Shown: positions 1 through 9,279 of the stretch, piece by piece
How the letters are laid out: the number at the start of each line of letters is the position of its first letter
How positions within the stretch are numbered: position 1 is the first letter of the stretch
IMG/VR virus record: IMGVR_UViG_3300035670_000147
Span: 9,294 to 73,293 of that record
Reading direction: 5' to 3' (one strand)
DNA length: 64,000 nucleotides
Source of the DNA: a virus
Position numbers and translations under genes: made by a program
Notes under the pieces: generated by a model
Databases searched by the model: none
What the model was told of the DNA's origin: nothing
The model's input: only the letters and a program-made list of their open reading frames with translations

Positions 1-1
1 A

Positions 2-1204
2 GCCGCCAGCACCCGGGCCGCCACCGAAGCCGCGCGCCAAGCCAAGCGCTTGCTCCTGCTCACCGGCACGCCGATCACAAACGAGCCGAGCGACTTAGCC
101 AGCCTGTTGTCCATGCTGCACAACAAGCCGATTTCGCCCGACCAGTTCGACGAGAAATACGTGGGCTATAAAAAAGTCCGTCCGGGTTGGTTGGGCTGGC
201 TCAAAGGCGTCAAGCCGGGTGAAAAGCCGCAGGTCAAAAACGAAGCCGAGTTGCGTGAGTTGCTCAAGGGCAAAGTCGACTATCAACCGAGCAAGACTCC
301 AGAAGGCGTAAACGTCAATGAAGAAGTCGTGCGCGTTCCGTTGTCGCCGGCGCAGCAGAAAATTCAAAACGCCATCCGCACCAAAATTCCACCGGGCTTC
401 TTGTGGAAACTCGATCAAGAGTTTCCGTTGTCGCGCGACGAACTGGCGAAACTTAATTCGTTCTTGACCGGGCTGCGCCAAGTGAGTTTAAGCACGCAGC
501 CGTTTCGGAAAGATAAAGACGTGCTCAAGGCATTCGACCAGTCGAGCAAATTGCAGAAAGCCTATGCCGACCTGCAGCAAGTCTTACAGGAAGACCCGCG
601 CAAGAAGGCGATTATCTATTCGAACTTCATTGATTCGGGCTTGAAACCGTATGCCGCCGCGCTGGAACGAGCCAAGGTGCCGTACGGTATTTTTCACGGC
701 AGCATTCCGGTGAAAACCCGGCTGCAGGCGTTGAAAGATTACAACGAAGGGCGGCTGCGGGCGTTGTTATTGGGCCCCGCGGCGGCTGAGGGAATTAGCA
801 CGAAGGGCACGAGTTTAATTCAACTCTTGGACCCGCACTGGAACGAGTCGCGGTTGCAGCAAGCCCGGGGTCGCGGCCTGCGCTTTGACAGCCACGCCGG
901 CCTGCCCGAAGACCTGAAAAACGTGCTCGTGCGCCGGTATCTCACGCAATCGGAAGAGCCGGGCCTTGTAGGAAAATATTTATTGGGCCGGCAACGGCAG
1001 CGCACCGGTGACGAAGTGCTGGAGCGCCTGACCGCCGAAAAAGAAGAGATTAACGAGGCATTTCGGCGCATTCTCCGCGAAGAGGGTGGTGCTCCCCCGC
1101 CCGAGGGCCCCAGCGTAAAGATATCAAGTATTCTGGACGACCCGCCGGAACCGCCGCTCAACCCTGCTGCAAAAGCATGGTTACAAGCGCAATTTGGTGC
1201 CTAA
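2..1204 (+). CDS. SNF2-family (SF2) helicase/ATPase, C-terminal part (5' truncated by window edge)
   Basis: Frame is open from base 2. Motifs: III LLLTGTPITN, IV IIYSNF, V AAAEGIS, VI WNESRLQQARGRGLR. Confidence 0.85.
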   Translation, partial: AASTRAATEAARQAKRLLLLTGTPITNEPSDLASLLSMLHNKPISPDQFDEKYVGYKKVRPGWLGWLKGVKPGEKPQVKNEAELRELLKGKVDYQPSKTPEGVNVNEEVVRVPLSPAQQKIQNAIRTKIPPGFLWKLDQEFPLSRDELAKLNSFLTGLRQVSLSTQPFRKDKDVLKAFDQSSKLQKAYADLQQVLQEDPRKKAIIYSNFIDSGLKPYAAALERAKVPYGIFHGSIPVKTRLQALKDYNEGRLRALLLGPAAAEGISTKGTSLIQLLDPHWNESRLQQARGRGLRFDSHAGLPEDLKNVLVRRYLTQSEEPGLVGKYLLGRQRQRTGDEVLERLTAEKEEINEAFRRILREEGGAPPPEGPSVKISSILDDPPEPPLNPAAKAWLQAQFGA

Positions 1205-1233
1205 AAATAGCGTTCGTCGTGGCTTTCGCGGCC

Positions 1234-1263
1234 TGATACAATCGTCTCATTGGCAAGGATGCC
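1234..1263 (+). promoter_or_regulatory. Extended -10 promoter (TGaTACAAT) followed by a GGC-AAGGAT-GCC hairpin (CsrA-like site)
   Basis: TGnTAnAAT at 1234-1242; hexaloop hairpin at 1252-1263 upstream of ATG 1280. Confidence 0.5.
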
Positions 1264-1279
1264 TTCTGGAGACGTGAGC

Positions 1280-1627
1280 ATGGCGGCTCGATTTAAACAG
1301 TACCAGTCTCTCTTGCGGATGCTTAAGAAGGAGTTGCCGGCTGCGTTTCCGGTCAGCGTCCGCCGCGTAAAACTTGCCCGCGTGGAAGGCCGGTGCTGGA
1401 AGCACGGCAAAAAGTTCCACATTCAGGTCGACAGCACGATCGACGAGCACCGGGCGATGGACACGCTTCTGCACGAATGGGCGCACGCCCGCGCGTGGAA
1501 CCACCGGCTCGACGCCGCGACCACGGACGACGAATTCAATAAGTTAGCCCATGACGCGGCGTGGGGCGTGGCATTTGCAGAAATTTATTCACTGTATGAG
1601 CAGCGATTCACCACGGCCAGCATGTAA
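1280..1627 (+). CDS. Small HExxH metallopeptidase-like protein
   Basis: TLLHEWAHA, with a downstream HDAAW motif (SprT/zincin-like). Start moved to ATG 1280 after GGAG. Confidence 0.6.
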   Translation: MAARFKQYQSLLRMLKKELPAAFPVSVRRVKLARVEGRCWKHGKKFHIQVDSTIDEHRAMDTLLHEWAHARAWNHRLDAATTDDEFNKLAHDAAWGVAFAEIYSLYEQRFTTASM

Positions 1628-1874
1628 ACCCTTAGCGCGCGAGGTGTTGTTATCCGCGGGAAAATGTTGCGGCAACGGCTGTGTAAACTGTCCGTATTGG
1701 CCGCGCCATCATCGAGGCAGCACGGAGTATGTTACAATGAAAACCTGCTGGGTATGTGGCGGCACACTGCTTGATATTCGCGGCAAATTGGTGTGCAATG
1801 CCTGTCGTACCGTGAACGAAACCTGCTGCGACGGCGGCCAGCAATGCCCCGCGACGCTAGAGAAAAAACAATGA
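1596..1874 (+). CDS. Cys-rich small protein (CCGNGCxNCPY module plus Zn ribbon); possible internal start at 1737
   Basis: REVLLSAGKCCGNGCVNCPY followed by CWVC...CNAC...CC; GGAG precedes ATG 1737. Confidence 0.5.
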   Translation: MSSDSPRPACKPLAREVLLSAGKCCGNGCVNCPYWPRHHRGSTEYVTMKTCWVCGGTLLDIRGKLVCNACRTVNETCCDGGQQCPATLEKKQ

Positions 1875-2539
1875 ACGCAAAACAATTTGGCCTGTTGTTG
1901 CGCCAAAAAATTGCCGCGGCCCCGCCGGACAACGTCGTGCCGCCGAATTCGCCGGCCACCCGCGATCCAGACTGGCAGGCTATCCGGACTAATTTGGCAA
2001 ATGCCAACCTACCGGCGGCGGCGTGGCAGCACGCCGGGTTACCGGCGATGACGGCAGAGCAATTGAACAATGCCAGCACGCGCGACATCTGGCACGTCAG
2101 CCAGCAACTGGCGAAAGCCCCGCGGGCTACCTATCGGCGCGGCAGCGACCCGCGACAAGTTAACGCGTTTAACGCGCTCAGAGGCAAATCCATCGGTCTT
2201 GGCAAACAATACAGCCCCGTGTTTGCGGGAGAGGGGAAGCCGGGCTACAAGCCGCCGCTGTCGTCTATCCCCGGCTTACCGCCACCCGCGGCAGCCGCGC
2301 CTCAACAGCGACAACCGCCAGCGCCCGCTCCTGTTCCGCCGCAGCCGCCTCGTGTTCCCGCGCCGCCGCCGCCTCCTCGCCGCCAGCCGCCGCAGCACGC
2401 CGTACCCGGCTTTCAGGTGGGACAGCCGGTTCCCGCTGGGCACGTACTGAACGACCAAAATATTTTAGTGCGAGACGTAACAAAGCAGCGGCCTCCGGCG
2501 CAAGCCGTGCCCCGGTTGCCCGCGCCGCCCCGCCAGTAA
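1871..2539 (+). CDS. Pro-rich hypothetical protein, putative virion internal protein
   Basis: ATG overlaps the previous stop (ATGA). Short N-terminal leader ends in QKIA. Confidence 0.6.
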   Translation: MNAKQFGLLLRQKIAAAPPDNVVPPNSPATRDPDWQAIRTNLANANLPAAAWQHAGLPAMTAEQLNNASTRDIWHVSQQLAKAPRATYRRGSDPRQVNAFNALRGKSIGLGKQYSPVFAGEGKPGYKPPLSSIPGLPPPAAAAPQQRQPPAPAPVPPQPPRVPAPPPPPRRQPPQHAVPGFQVGQPVPAGHVLNDQNILVRDVTKQRPPAQAVPRLPAPPRQ

Positions 2540-2548
2540 GAAAGGCTG

Positions 2549-4654
2549 ATGATGACACTTCCGCGCAACTTTCGTGCGACGCTGAACAAGTATGCGTTTA
2601 ACGTGAAGACGCCGGCGGGCGGAAAACCGCCGGCAGCCTCGGCTCCTGCTGCGGCGCCCTCTTCCGTCCCGAAAGGACTGACGGAGCAGGCGCAGGACTT
2701 CTGGGCGAGCCCGGCCGCGAAAGGCGCAACCCCGAAACCGGCAAAACTCTTAGAGCCTGCCGGCCCGTCGATCGGTGCGGGCCCGAAGCCCGTCGGCAAC
2801 AATGTTATTTTTGCGAATCAAAACGCAGCCGCCCAGACCCCGCAACCAGCCGCCGCGGCACCCGCGGGTCGTGGCGGCGGCGCCGCATTACCGTCGCATC
2901 TGCGTAATACGTCCCCGCGAAGCGCCCCGCCGCCGCAAGCAGCGCCGCGTGTGCCCGGCACTTATCGCGAAGGCGAGACGCCGGCCAGCCACACGGGTCT
3001 CGGCTCTTATGTTGACGTGTTAGATCGGTGGTACAACCCGTGGACGACGCAGACCGGCTCAGAGCGTGGCGAAGAAAGTTTGAAAGGCTGGGGCCAGACG
3101 GCCATGGGAGTCGCGGGTGGCGCAGCCGCTACGGCCGCGGCTGTTCCCGTGGCCGCCGCCGCGGGTATGACGGCAGCCGGTGGCGGGGCGATGACGGCCG
3201 GCGGAACGGCGACTACGATCGGGTCGCAGGCTGTGCTCCCCGCAGCCATAGAAGGGGCGCGGCAATTAACGGAACCCACTACGCCGCCGGCACCCTCTCC
3301 TGAACAGGCCGCGCCGCAAACGCAACAAACGCAGCAAACGCAGCAAACGCAACCGGGCGCGCAGCCGGCGCCCGACGCAGCAACAGCGGCGAAGCCGGCA
3401 GCACCAATGACGCCCGAGCAAAAGCAGCAGGCGAACACGGACGTCATGGCGAAGTTAAACAGCGACATGCCCGACGCCGAGAAGAAGCAACTGGCGCAGC
3501 AGCACGTGCAGCAGATGCTTGACAGCAATCCGGAAATGAAACAAGGCATGGCTGATTTGCACGCCGGCAAAGACACGCCGCAAGCCAAAGCGTTTCAGGC
3601 AGAAGTTGATAAAGCCGGAAACGCGTATATCCGGGAAGAGTTTGCCAAGTTACGGCAGCAGAATCCGGGTGCCGGGCCGCAAGAACAAGGCGGCATGTTA
3701 AACAGCGTGATGCAGGGTTGGCAAAACATGCCCGAGCCGATGAAGTGGATGATGGGCATTGGCTTGGGCGGCGGTCTTCTGGGCGTGCTTGGGAGCATGT
3801 TCGGTGGTGGCGGGGGCATGGGTATGTTGGGGCTGTTAGGTTTAGGCGCCGCGGGCTTAGCCGGCGCGGCCGGCGGCATGTTCGGTTCGGGCGCGCAAGA
3901 CGCGTTGGGCGGCATGGTCGGCCAACTGGGGCAAGCAACCGGCATGATTCCAAAAGACATGGACTTGTCGGCATTGAAGGGGGAAGACGCTGTGCAGCGC
4001 GCGACAGCGGACGCTTCTGGCGGCGGTATTTGGGGCGGCATCAAAGCGTACTTCAACCCCGAAGGCGAGGCGAAGAACGTGCAAGGCAAACTCGATCAGG
4101 CCAACCAATTGGAGCGCCTGATGATGGTGCCCGAAGGCATGCGCTCGGGCTTGATGCGGCAGATCAGCCCGAACTCGTCGCCGGAAGAAATTCAGCAAAT
4201 GTTAAATAACGCCAAACAAATGCATGGCGCAATGAACGATCCAAAACATCAACTCGGGCAGCAGATGCAGAAGGGGCGCGCGTTTGTGAGCGACCCGACG
4301 AAGTACGTGAACGACGCCGCGTCCGAATATTACAACCCGGCGAAGTGGGATGTGATGCCGTGGAATTGGGGCGGCAAGACAAGTGCCGACCGCGGCGCGC
4401 TCCTCGCGAAACATTGGGCGAAAGAAGCACGCTGCTGGAAGGGTTACGAGCCTGTACCGGGCAAGGCGCCATATAGCGAAAACTCGTGCCGCCCGATCGG
4501 CAGCAAGAAGAAGAAAAAGAAGACCGAGAAAGCCGAGAAGCGCGCGGAAGAAATTATTGACGAGTGGCTGAAAAAATATCGGGCTCGCGGCCAAAAGGGG
4601 CGCTGGGTTAACACCCGCCGCGGCAGCAAAACCGAACTTAAAATGGCGCACTAA
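2549..4654 (+). CDS. Large Ala/Gly/Pro/Gln-rich protein with glycine-zipper segments, putative internal/ejection protein
   Basis: 701-aa ORF. Leader ends in NKYA; GLGGGLLGVLG hydrophobic segment; C-terminal CWKGY module after AKEA. Confidence 0.6.
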   Translation: MMTLPRNFRATLNKYAFNVKTPAGGKPPAASAPAAAPSSVPKGLTEQAQDFWASPAAKGATPKPAKLLEPAGPSIGAGPKPVGNNVIFANQNAAAQTPQPAAAAPAGRGGGAALPSHLRNTSPRSAPPPQAAPRVPGTYREGETPASHTGLGSYVDVLDRWYNPWTTQTGSERGEESLKGWGQTAMGVAGGAAATAAAVPVAAAAGMTAAGGGAMTAGGTATTIGSQAVLPAAIEGARQLTEPTTPPAPSPEQAAPQTQQTQQTQQTQPGAQPAPDAATAAKPAAPMTPEQKQQANTDVMAKLNSDMPDAEKKQLAQQHVQQMLDSNPEMKQGMADLHAGKDTPQAKAFQAEVDKAGNAYIREEFAKLRQQNPGAGPQEQGGMLNSVMQGWQNMPEPMKWMMGIGLGGGLLGVLGSMFGGGGGMGMLGLLGLGAAGLAGAAGGMFGSGAQDALGGMVGQLGQATGMIPKDMDLSALKGEDAVQRATADASGGGIWGGIKAYFNPEGEAKNVQGKLDQANQLERLMMVPEGMRSGLMRQISPNSSPEEIQQMLNNAKQMHGAMNDPKHQLGQQMQKGRAFVSDPTKYVNDAASEYYNPAKWDVMPWNWGGKTSADRGALLAKHWAKEARCWKGYEPVPGKAPYSENSCRPIGSKKKKKKTEKAEKRAEEIIDEWLKKYRARGQKGRWVNTRRGSKTELKMAH

Positions 4655-4723
4655 CAGCGAAAATGCTGTTTACAGACCCGCGCAGACCCGCTACAGTACT
4701 AACTCCCTCGCAGGAGTTGTCCC

Positions 4724-5623
4724 TTGAAGCGGGTCTTGTTTTTTATTGAGAACAACTGGGTCTTCGGAAAGATATTCAATGAACTCTCCAAGCACATTTA
4801 CCCACTCTACGATTGCGACATATTCGATTGGGGCAAGGTCCAAGAAAAAGAAAACACGGACCGGATGCAGCAAAAGTACGATTTATTCTTCTCCACACCC
4901 GTGGGATGTTTTTTCCTGCACGACACCTACGGAATCCCGCTGGAACGATGCTATGGTCACGCCCACAGTGACTTTGACATCGTGGACGCCCGCAGACGAT
5001 TTCCGCCCGAATACTTCGACCGACTGCGCGGCTATGGCGTAGTGTCGTCGCCCCTGCGTTATGTTTCTTTTTCGCACGGCGTTCGTCGCGTGCCCGCAGT
5101 GTTACCCGCCGGCGTAACGTGCGCAAACTATCAACGGACGCCGCCTGCAAAAATAGCGCGGCTGGGTTACTTCGGGCGGATGACGCGCAAAGACGGCAAT
5201 TTTGATATCAAACGCGGTTATCTCGCCCAGACTGTCGCAGAAAAAACACAACTTGAATTCTGGAACCGCGAGCACGTGCCGTTCTTCGTCGCCGACCGGC
5301 TGTATCACGAAGTTGATCTAGTTATGTTTTGTTCGCTCGTTGAAGGCAATCCGTACGTGGCGATCGAAGCCTGTGCCGCCGGAATTCCGACGCTCGGAAC
5401 CGCTGCGGGTATTTTTCCTGACATCGCCAATATGGGCGCCGGAATTTTACTTCCCATGGAAGAAGATGCTTTCGTTGCTAGCGCCGTAAAAACAATTTCG
5501 ACTTTACAAAACGAGCCGGCGCTGTACGCTCGTATGTGTGAAAACGCCGCAGAGGTCGGCAAGACGTTCGATTGGTCCGTCATTAAAAACACGTGGATCG
5601 CTGAGTTTCAGCGCGTGACATAA
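4724..5623 (+). CDS. Glycosyltransferase (GT-B fold, GT4-like)
   Basis: LGYFGR...KRG; SLVEGNPYVAIEACAAGIP (E-x7-E motif); C-terminal FDW. Confidence 0.8.
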   Translation: MKRVLFFIENNWVFGKIFNELSKHIYPLYDCDIFDWGKVQEKENTDRMQQKYDLFFSTPVGCFFLHDTYGIPLERCYGHAHSDFDIVDARRRFPPEYFDRLRGYGVVSSPLRYVSFSHGVRRVPAVLPAGVTCANYQRTPPAKIARLGYFGRMTRKDGNFDIKRGYLAQTVAEKTQLEFWNREHVPFFVADRLYHEVDLVMFCSLVEGNPYVAIEACAAGIPTLGTAAGIFPDIANMGAGILLPMEEDAFVASAVKTISTLQNEPALYARMCENAAEVGKTFDWSVIKNTWIAEFQRVT

Positions 5624-5662
5624 ACGCCCCGCGCACGGATGCCCCAACGCGAAAGGATTCGC

Positions 5663-6298
5663 ATGGCCCAAAAACTAATAGAGATCGTCCCGACGAAACG
5701 CCAGATTCAACGCGCCCGCGACCGTGAAGAGGAAATGACCGCGCTGTTTACGGCACGCTACGGACGCAGCCACTTGAACAACTCGATTCTTGAAGGCGAA
5801 GGCATGTTCGCCGGCTTATTGGGTGAAGACCTGTTTCGCGATTATTACGGGTTTGTCCGGTCTTCTGGCGAAGCCATCTTTCATTACGACCTGCTAGACT
5901 CGGTGATTCTCGGGAAGATCGAGGTCAAAACCAAACGTTGCACGTCGGCGCCCAAGGAGCATTACAACTGCTCGATCGCGGCGAGCAACGCCGAGCAGCA
6001 GTGCAATTACTACGCTTTTGTTCGCGTGCTCAATGATTTCTCGCGCGCGTGGATTCTGGGTTTAATGCCCAAAGACGATTTTTTTGAAAAAGCGCTGTTC
6101 TTCAAGCGCGGCCAGACTGATCCGGCTGGTTTTGGTGGCTGGCGGTTTAAGTGGGACTGCTTCAACCTGCCGATTAAAGATTTATTGGCCCCGCCGCTAG
6201 TCACCCGCGGCTTTGACGATTATGATTATCGCCCGGCGCGGCATCCAGAGTTCACCCCCGAAATTGAAACTCGTAACCCCGAGGAGTTTGAAGCATGA
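5663..6298 (+). CDS. PD-(D/E)xK nuclease-like protein
   Basis: GLLGE...YDLLD...KIEVKTK...YAFVRV pattern. Two ANGGAN hairpins precede the ATG. Confidence 0.55.
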   Translation: MAQKLIEIVPTKRQIQRARDREEEMTALFTARYGRSHLNNSILEGEGMFAGLLGEDLFRDYYGFVRSSGEAIFHYDLLDSVILGKIEVKTKRCTSAPKEHYNCSIAASNAEQQCNYYAFVRVLNDFSRAWILGLMPKDDFFEKALFFKRGQTDPAGFGGWRFKWDCFNLPIKDLLAPPLVTRGFDDYDYRPARHPEFTPEIETRNPEEFEA

Positions 6299-6837
6299 CA
6301 TTATCTGATTCCGGCCCGAAAGGCCCGCTCGGCGAACCGGGCCTGACGCTGCAGTCGTTTCTGGAGTTCATGAACAATGACCTGCAGAACGAGTGGACGC
6401 ATTTAAAGTTTTATTTGTACCACTCGGCGCTGATTGCGGGGCTGCACTCCGCCGAGTACCGCGAGTTCTTTACTGACGCGGCCAAGGGCGAAATGGAGCA
6501 TGTGCAAGCGTTCATGGACCGGCTGCTGGGGCTGAACTACTCCAACCCGACGCAGACATCGGCCGCGTTTTCAACGTTCTCGCACCCCGCGGACGCGATT
6601 ACGCACGCCATCGAGTTAGAAATGCATGTTGTTGAAAACTACATTCAGCGATTGAAGCAGTTGGAGCATCTTTCTGCGGCCCACCCGGTAACCGCCCGGT
6701 ATTTAACTGTGTTCTATGAAGATCAACTCAAGGACAGTTACGAGGACTGCGAGCGGATGCGCCGGATTATGTCGGACGACCTGCGGCAGATTTTGCGCAA
6801 CACCCGGCACGACCCGCACAAGTTTTTAGCCAAGTAA
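6295..6837 (+). CDS. Ferritin/bacterioferritin-like di-iron protein
   Basis: Four-helix-bundle pattern: NNDLQNEW...FYLYH...GEMEHVQAFMDRL...AIELE...VENY. Confidence 0.75.
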   Translation: MTLSDSGPKGPLGEPGLTLQSFLEFMNNDLQNEWTHLKFYLYHSALIAGLHSAEYREFFTDAAKGEMEHVQAFMDRLLGLNYSNPTQTSAAFSTFSHPADAITHAIELEMHVVENYIQRLKQLEHLSAAHPVTARYLTVFYEDQLKDSYEDCERMRRIMSDDLRQILRNTRHDPHKFLAK

Positions 6838-6841
6838 TGTC

Positions 6842-6934
6842 ATGACGGAGATACTGTGGTGTGTTGCGGTCGCATTGATGCTGCACTTGCTTACTCGCGC
6901 CGGCGGCAACACGACGGACACGGGGCCAAGGTGA
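6842..6934 (+). CDS. 30-aa small hydrophobic protein (not in ORF track)
   Basis: MTEILWCVAVALMLHLLTRAGGNTTDTGPR fills the gap; its stop abuts the tRNA. Confidence 0.35.
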   Translation: MTEILWCVAVALMLHLLTRAGGNTTDTGPR

Positions 6935-7006
6935 TGCCCGGTAGCACAATGGTAGTGCACGGCACTGTTAATGCTGGGGTTGTAAGTTCGAGTCTTACCC
7001 GGGCAG
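6935..7006 (+). tRNA. trnN: tRNA-Asn (GTT), CCA not encoded
   Basis: Acceptor stem TGCCCGG/CCGGGCA; D arm GCAC/GTGC; anticodon arm CGGCA-CTGTTAA-TGCTG; T arm GTAAG-TTCGAGT-CTTAC; discriminator G. Confidence 0.95.
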
Positions 7007-7014
7007 TTTGAGCG

Positions 7015-7560
7015 ATGATTGTTGAGATCGGCACCTGCGACTTCGAAACCCAAGCCGGAGTTGCCGACGGATTGTTTATCGAACCGGTCAAGTATTATTT
7101 CGACCGGCTCCCGCCGTGCCGCAAAGAAAATGTGGCGGTATCCAACTACACCGGCGAAATTGATATCTATTACGTGGACCCCGACGAGATCGCCGCCCGG
7201 GGGCTCGATACGTGGCTCCGCGGCTGCAACTCAGTGGTTCGGCCACACATGCAGCACGCCCGCCTGCCGCCGGAAATCGTACGAAAAGATACGGTGCCGG
7301 TTGTGCGGATCAAATCACTGCTCGATAAATACGAAATTACCGAGATTGACACATTAAAAATCGACACCGAGGGGCACGACGCGATAATTTTGAACGATTT
7401 TTTAAGTACGACCAGCATCCGCCCGCGGGAAATTATGTTTGAAAATAACGGGCTTGTTCCGCGCGCAGACATTAAATTGCTGGCAACGCGCTTGCAAACT
7501 TTGGGTTATGCTGTCACGATTACGGATGGCGCCGGGTACGCCCTGCGGCCTAGTACTTAA
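7015..7560 (+). CDS. FkbM-family methyltransferase
   Basis: VEIG, FIEP, ENVAVS and IDTLKIDTEGHD motifs. Confidence 0.8.
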   Translation: MIVEIGTCDFETQAGVADGLFIEPVKYYFDRLPPCRKENVAVSNYTGEIDIYYVDPDEIAARGLDTWLRGCNSVVRPHMQHARLPPEIVRKDTVPVVRIKSLLDKYEITEIDTLKIDTEGHDAIILNDFLSTTSIRPREIMFENNGLVPRADIKLLATRLQTLGYAVTITDGAGYALRPST

Positions 7561-7575
7561 TACAGGAGACGCGCA

Positions 7576-7785
7576 ATGGATCGGTTTGAGTTAGAGCAGG
7601 CGATCGTGGCCTGCGGCAACGTGGCAGACGACCTCGATATGCTGCTGGAGACGATCTTAGAAGACAACATCGACCCCGACCGGATTGCGAACGCGCTGCT
7701 GGGCGCCCGCGAACTGCACGAGATGCGCTGCAAAAAAGCATTTGATATTTTTTCGCACATGATTCAGACGGGCCACATTTCGTAA
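7576..7785 (+). CDS. Hypothetical phage protein
   Basis: 69 aa, AGGAG RBS. Confidence 0.65.
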   Translation: MDRFELEQAIVACGNVADDLDMLLETILEDNIDPDRIANALLGARELHEMRCKKAFDIFSHMIQTGHIS

Positions 7786-7796
7786 AGTTGCGGCTT

Positions 7797-8057
7797 ATGG
7801 AAGAGTTTAGTTGGTACACCGCCGCGACCGTGTTCGTGGTGTACGTGTTCTTCGACATTCTGTACGCGCTGTATGTAATTTGCGTCAGCCGCCAACAGGC
7901 CCTTACAGCGAGCGGCATCAGCGCCGTGCTATACAGCCTCGGAGCGTACGGCGTGATGAACTACTTGCATAATCCGTGGTATTTAATTCCGCTCGCGATC
8001 GGTGCTTTTATCGGCACCTACATCGCCGTGAAGTACATGGGCAACTGGCACGCATGA
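7797..8057 (+). CDS. Small membrane protein (about 3 TM segments)
   Basis: Hydrophobic segments; its stop overlaps the next ATG. Confidence 0.65.
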   Translation: MEEFSWYTAATVFVVYVFFDILYALYVICVSRQQALTASGISAVLYSLGAYGVMNYLHNPWYLIPLAIGAFIGTYIAVKYMGNWHA

Positions 8058-8464
8058 CGCCGTACCGGTATACGACGATCGCCATTGACTTCGACCGGAC
8101 CTTTACCAGCGACGTCGAATTCTGGCGCTTTTTTATTCGCCACGCGGTCAAACGCGGGCATAAAGTTATTTGTGTCACCGGCCGGACGGAAACTCCTTTT
8201 TCGCGGATGGAGTTGTTGCACACGTTTGGCGAGCAGACTTACAAACTGCTGGCGGACTGTATTTTTTGCAACCACTCCCCGAAACGTGACCGGACGCTCG
8301 CGCTGGGCTATAAAATCGACATCTGGATCGACGATATGCCCGAAGGAATAGGCGCGACAGATGCGGCGGTGTTTCGTAAGTTGGAAGATATGTTCCCGGT
8401 CTGCGAAACGTTGCCGGTGTTTGTAAAAAAAGCCGTAGACCCCGTGAAAGTGTGGGCGCCATGA
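8054..8464 (+). CDS. HAD-superfamily hydrolase
   Basis: Motif I IAIDFDRT, motif II VTGR, motif IV WIDD. Confidence 0.75.
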   Translation: MTPYRYTTIAIDFDRTFTSDVEFWRFFIRHAVKRGHKVICVTGRTETPFSRMELLHTFGEQTYKLLADCIFCNHSPKRDRTLALGYKIDIWIDDMPEGIGATDAAVFRKLEDMFPVCETLPVFVKKAVDPVKVWAP

Positions 8465-8730
8465 CACTCCCCTACGAACGAACGCGGGCTGTCATTCACG
8501 CCGTCGATTTTTTGACGCGGCTTGTGAGTCCGTACAACGAGCGCGGCATCAAAAAGATACCGAAAGAGGTGCGGCAAGAAGCCCTGCGGGTGTTGCGGCA
8601 CTTTCCCCGGCCCTACGACTTATACGAAGCCGCGAAAGCCGCCCCTGATGTGTTCGACTCTCAAGAATTATTACGCTATGACGAAGAGCAACAACAAAAA
8701 TGGCTCGTTAAACAACCGCATGAAACGTAA
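8461..8730 (+). CDS. BPSL0761-like small protein
   Basis: [11 protein letters not shown]...[13 protein letters not shown] pattern. Confidence 0.6.
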   Translation: MTLPYERTRAVIHAVDFLTRLVSPYNERGIKKIPKEVRQEALRVLRHFPRPYDLYEAAKAAPDVFDSQELLRYDEEQQQKWLVKQPHET

Positions 8731-8759
8731 GGTATACTTAAGTTTCACGCGGAGGAGTT

Positions 8760-9125
8760 ATGGATATTTATGACATCTTGGCTGTCGTTTTTGTCGTTGT
8801 ATTTGGCGCTGGTTTTCTTGGCGGTTATCTTTGCGCACGCCTTGATTACCTCTATGTCCGTCTCCGGGAGTGGCACGAAGGCGCCAGTCAAATTCCGCAA
8901 GCGACGGGATTCTTCTCGGAGCGCGCCAGTTCGTCCTCGCGGCAAGCCAAAACCCAAGCCCGCGCGGTTGCAGAAAAAATCGACATCGACACGCGCACGG
9001 TCGTCACGGAAATCAACACGGCGGGCATCCAAAAAGGCTCAGAAGTAGAAATGGGCAAAACGACCGCAGCGCAAGATACAATTAACGAGTCAGTTTCTCG
9101 GCTGGCGCAATTAAAAGGAAAATAG
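8760..9125 (+). CDS. N-terminally membrane-anchored protein, likely partner of the actin-like ATPase
   Basis: N-terminal TM helix, GGAGG RBS, GTATACT at 8732-8738. Confidence 0.65.
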   Translation: MDIYDILAVVFVVVFGAGFLGGYLCARLDYLYVRLREWHEGASQIPQATGFFSERASSSSRQAKTQARAVAEKIDIDTRTVVTEINTAGIQKGSEVEMGKTTAAQDTINESVSRLAQLKGK

Positions 9126-9126
9126 A

Positions 9127-9270
9127 TTGAGTACGCCGCTGCTCGCCGCCGTTGGACTAGTGTATTTCTACGTCGCCTGCGAGCAGTGGTGGAAGGGCAA
9201 TACGGCCGGCTTTGCGCTGTTCATGAATTACGGCTGTGCCAATATCGCATTAATCTGGTATATGAAATAG
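9127..9270 (+). CDS. 47-aa membrane protein (TTG start; not in ORF track)
   Basis: LSTPLLAAVGLVYFYVACEQWWKGNTAGFALFMNYGCANIALIWYMK fills the gap between the neighbouring genes. Confidence 0.55.
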   Translation: MSTPLLAAVGLVYFYVACEQWWKGNTAGFALFMNYGCANIALIWYMK

Positions 9271-9279
9271 GAGAGCATC

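Noticed and set aside
3317-3352. 9-bp tandem repeat (QTQ x4), and similar GGEM and VVDE repeats
   Set aside because: These are in-frame low-complexity coding repeats with no sign of phase variation.
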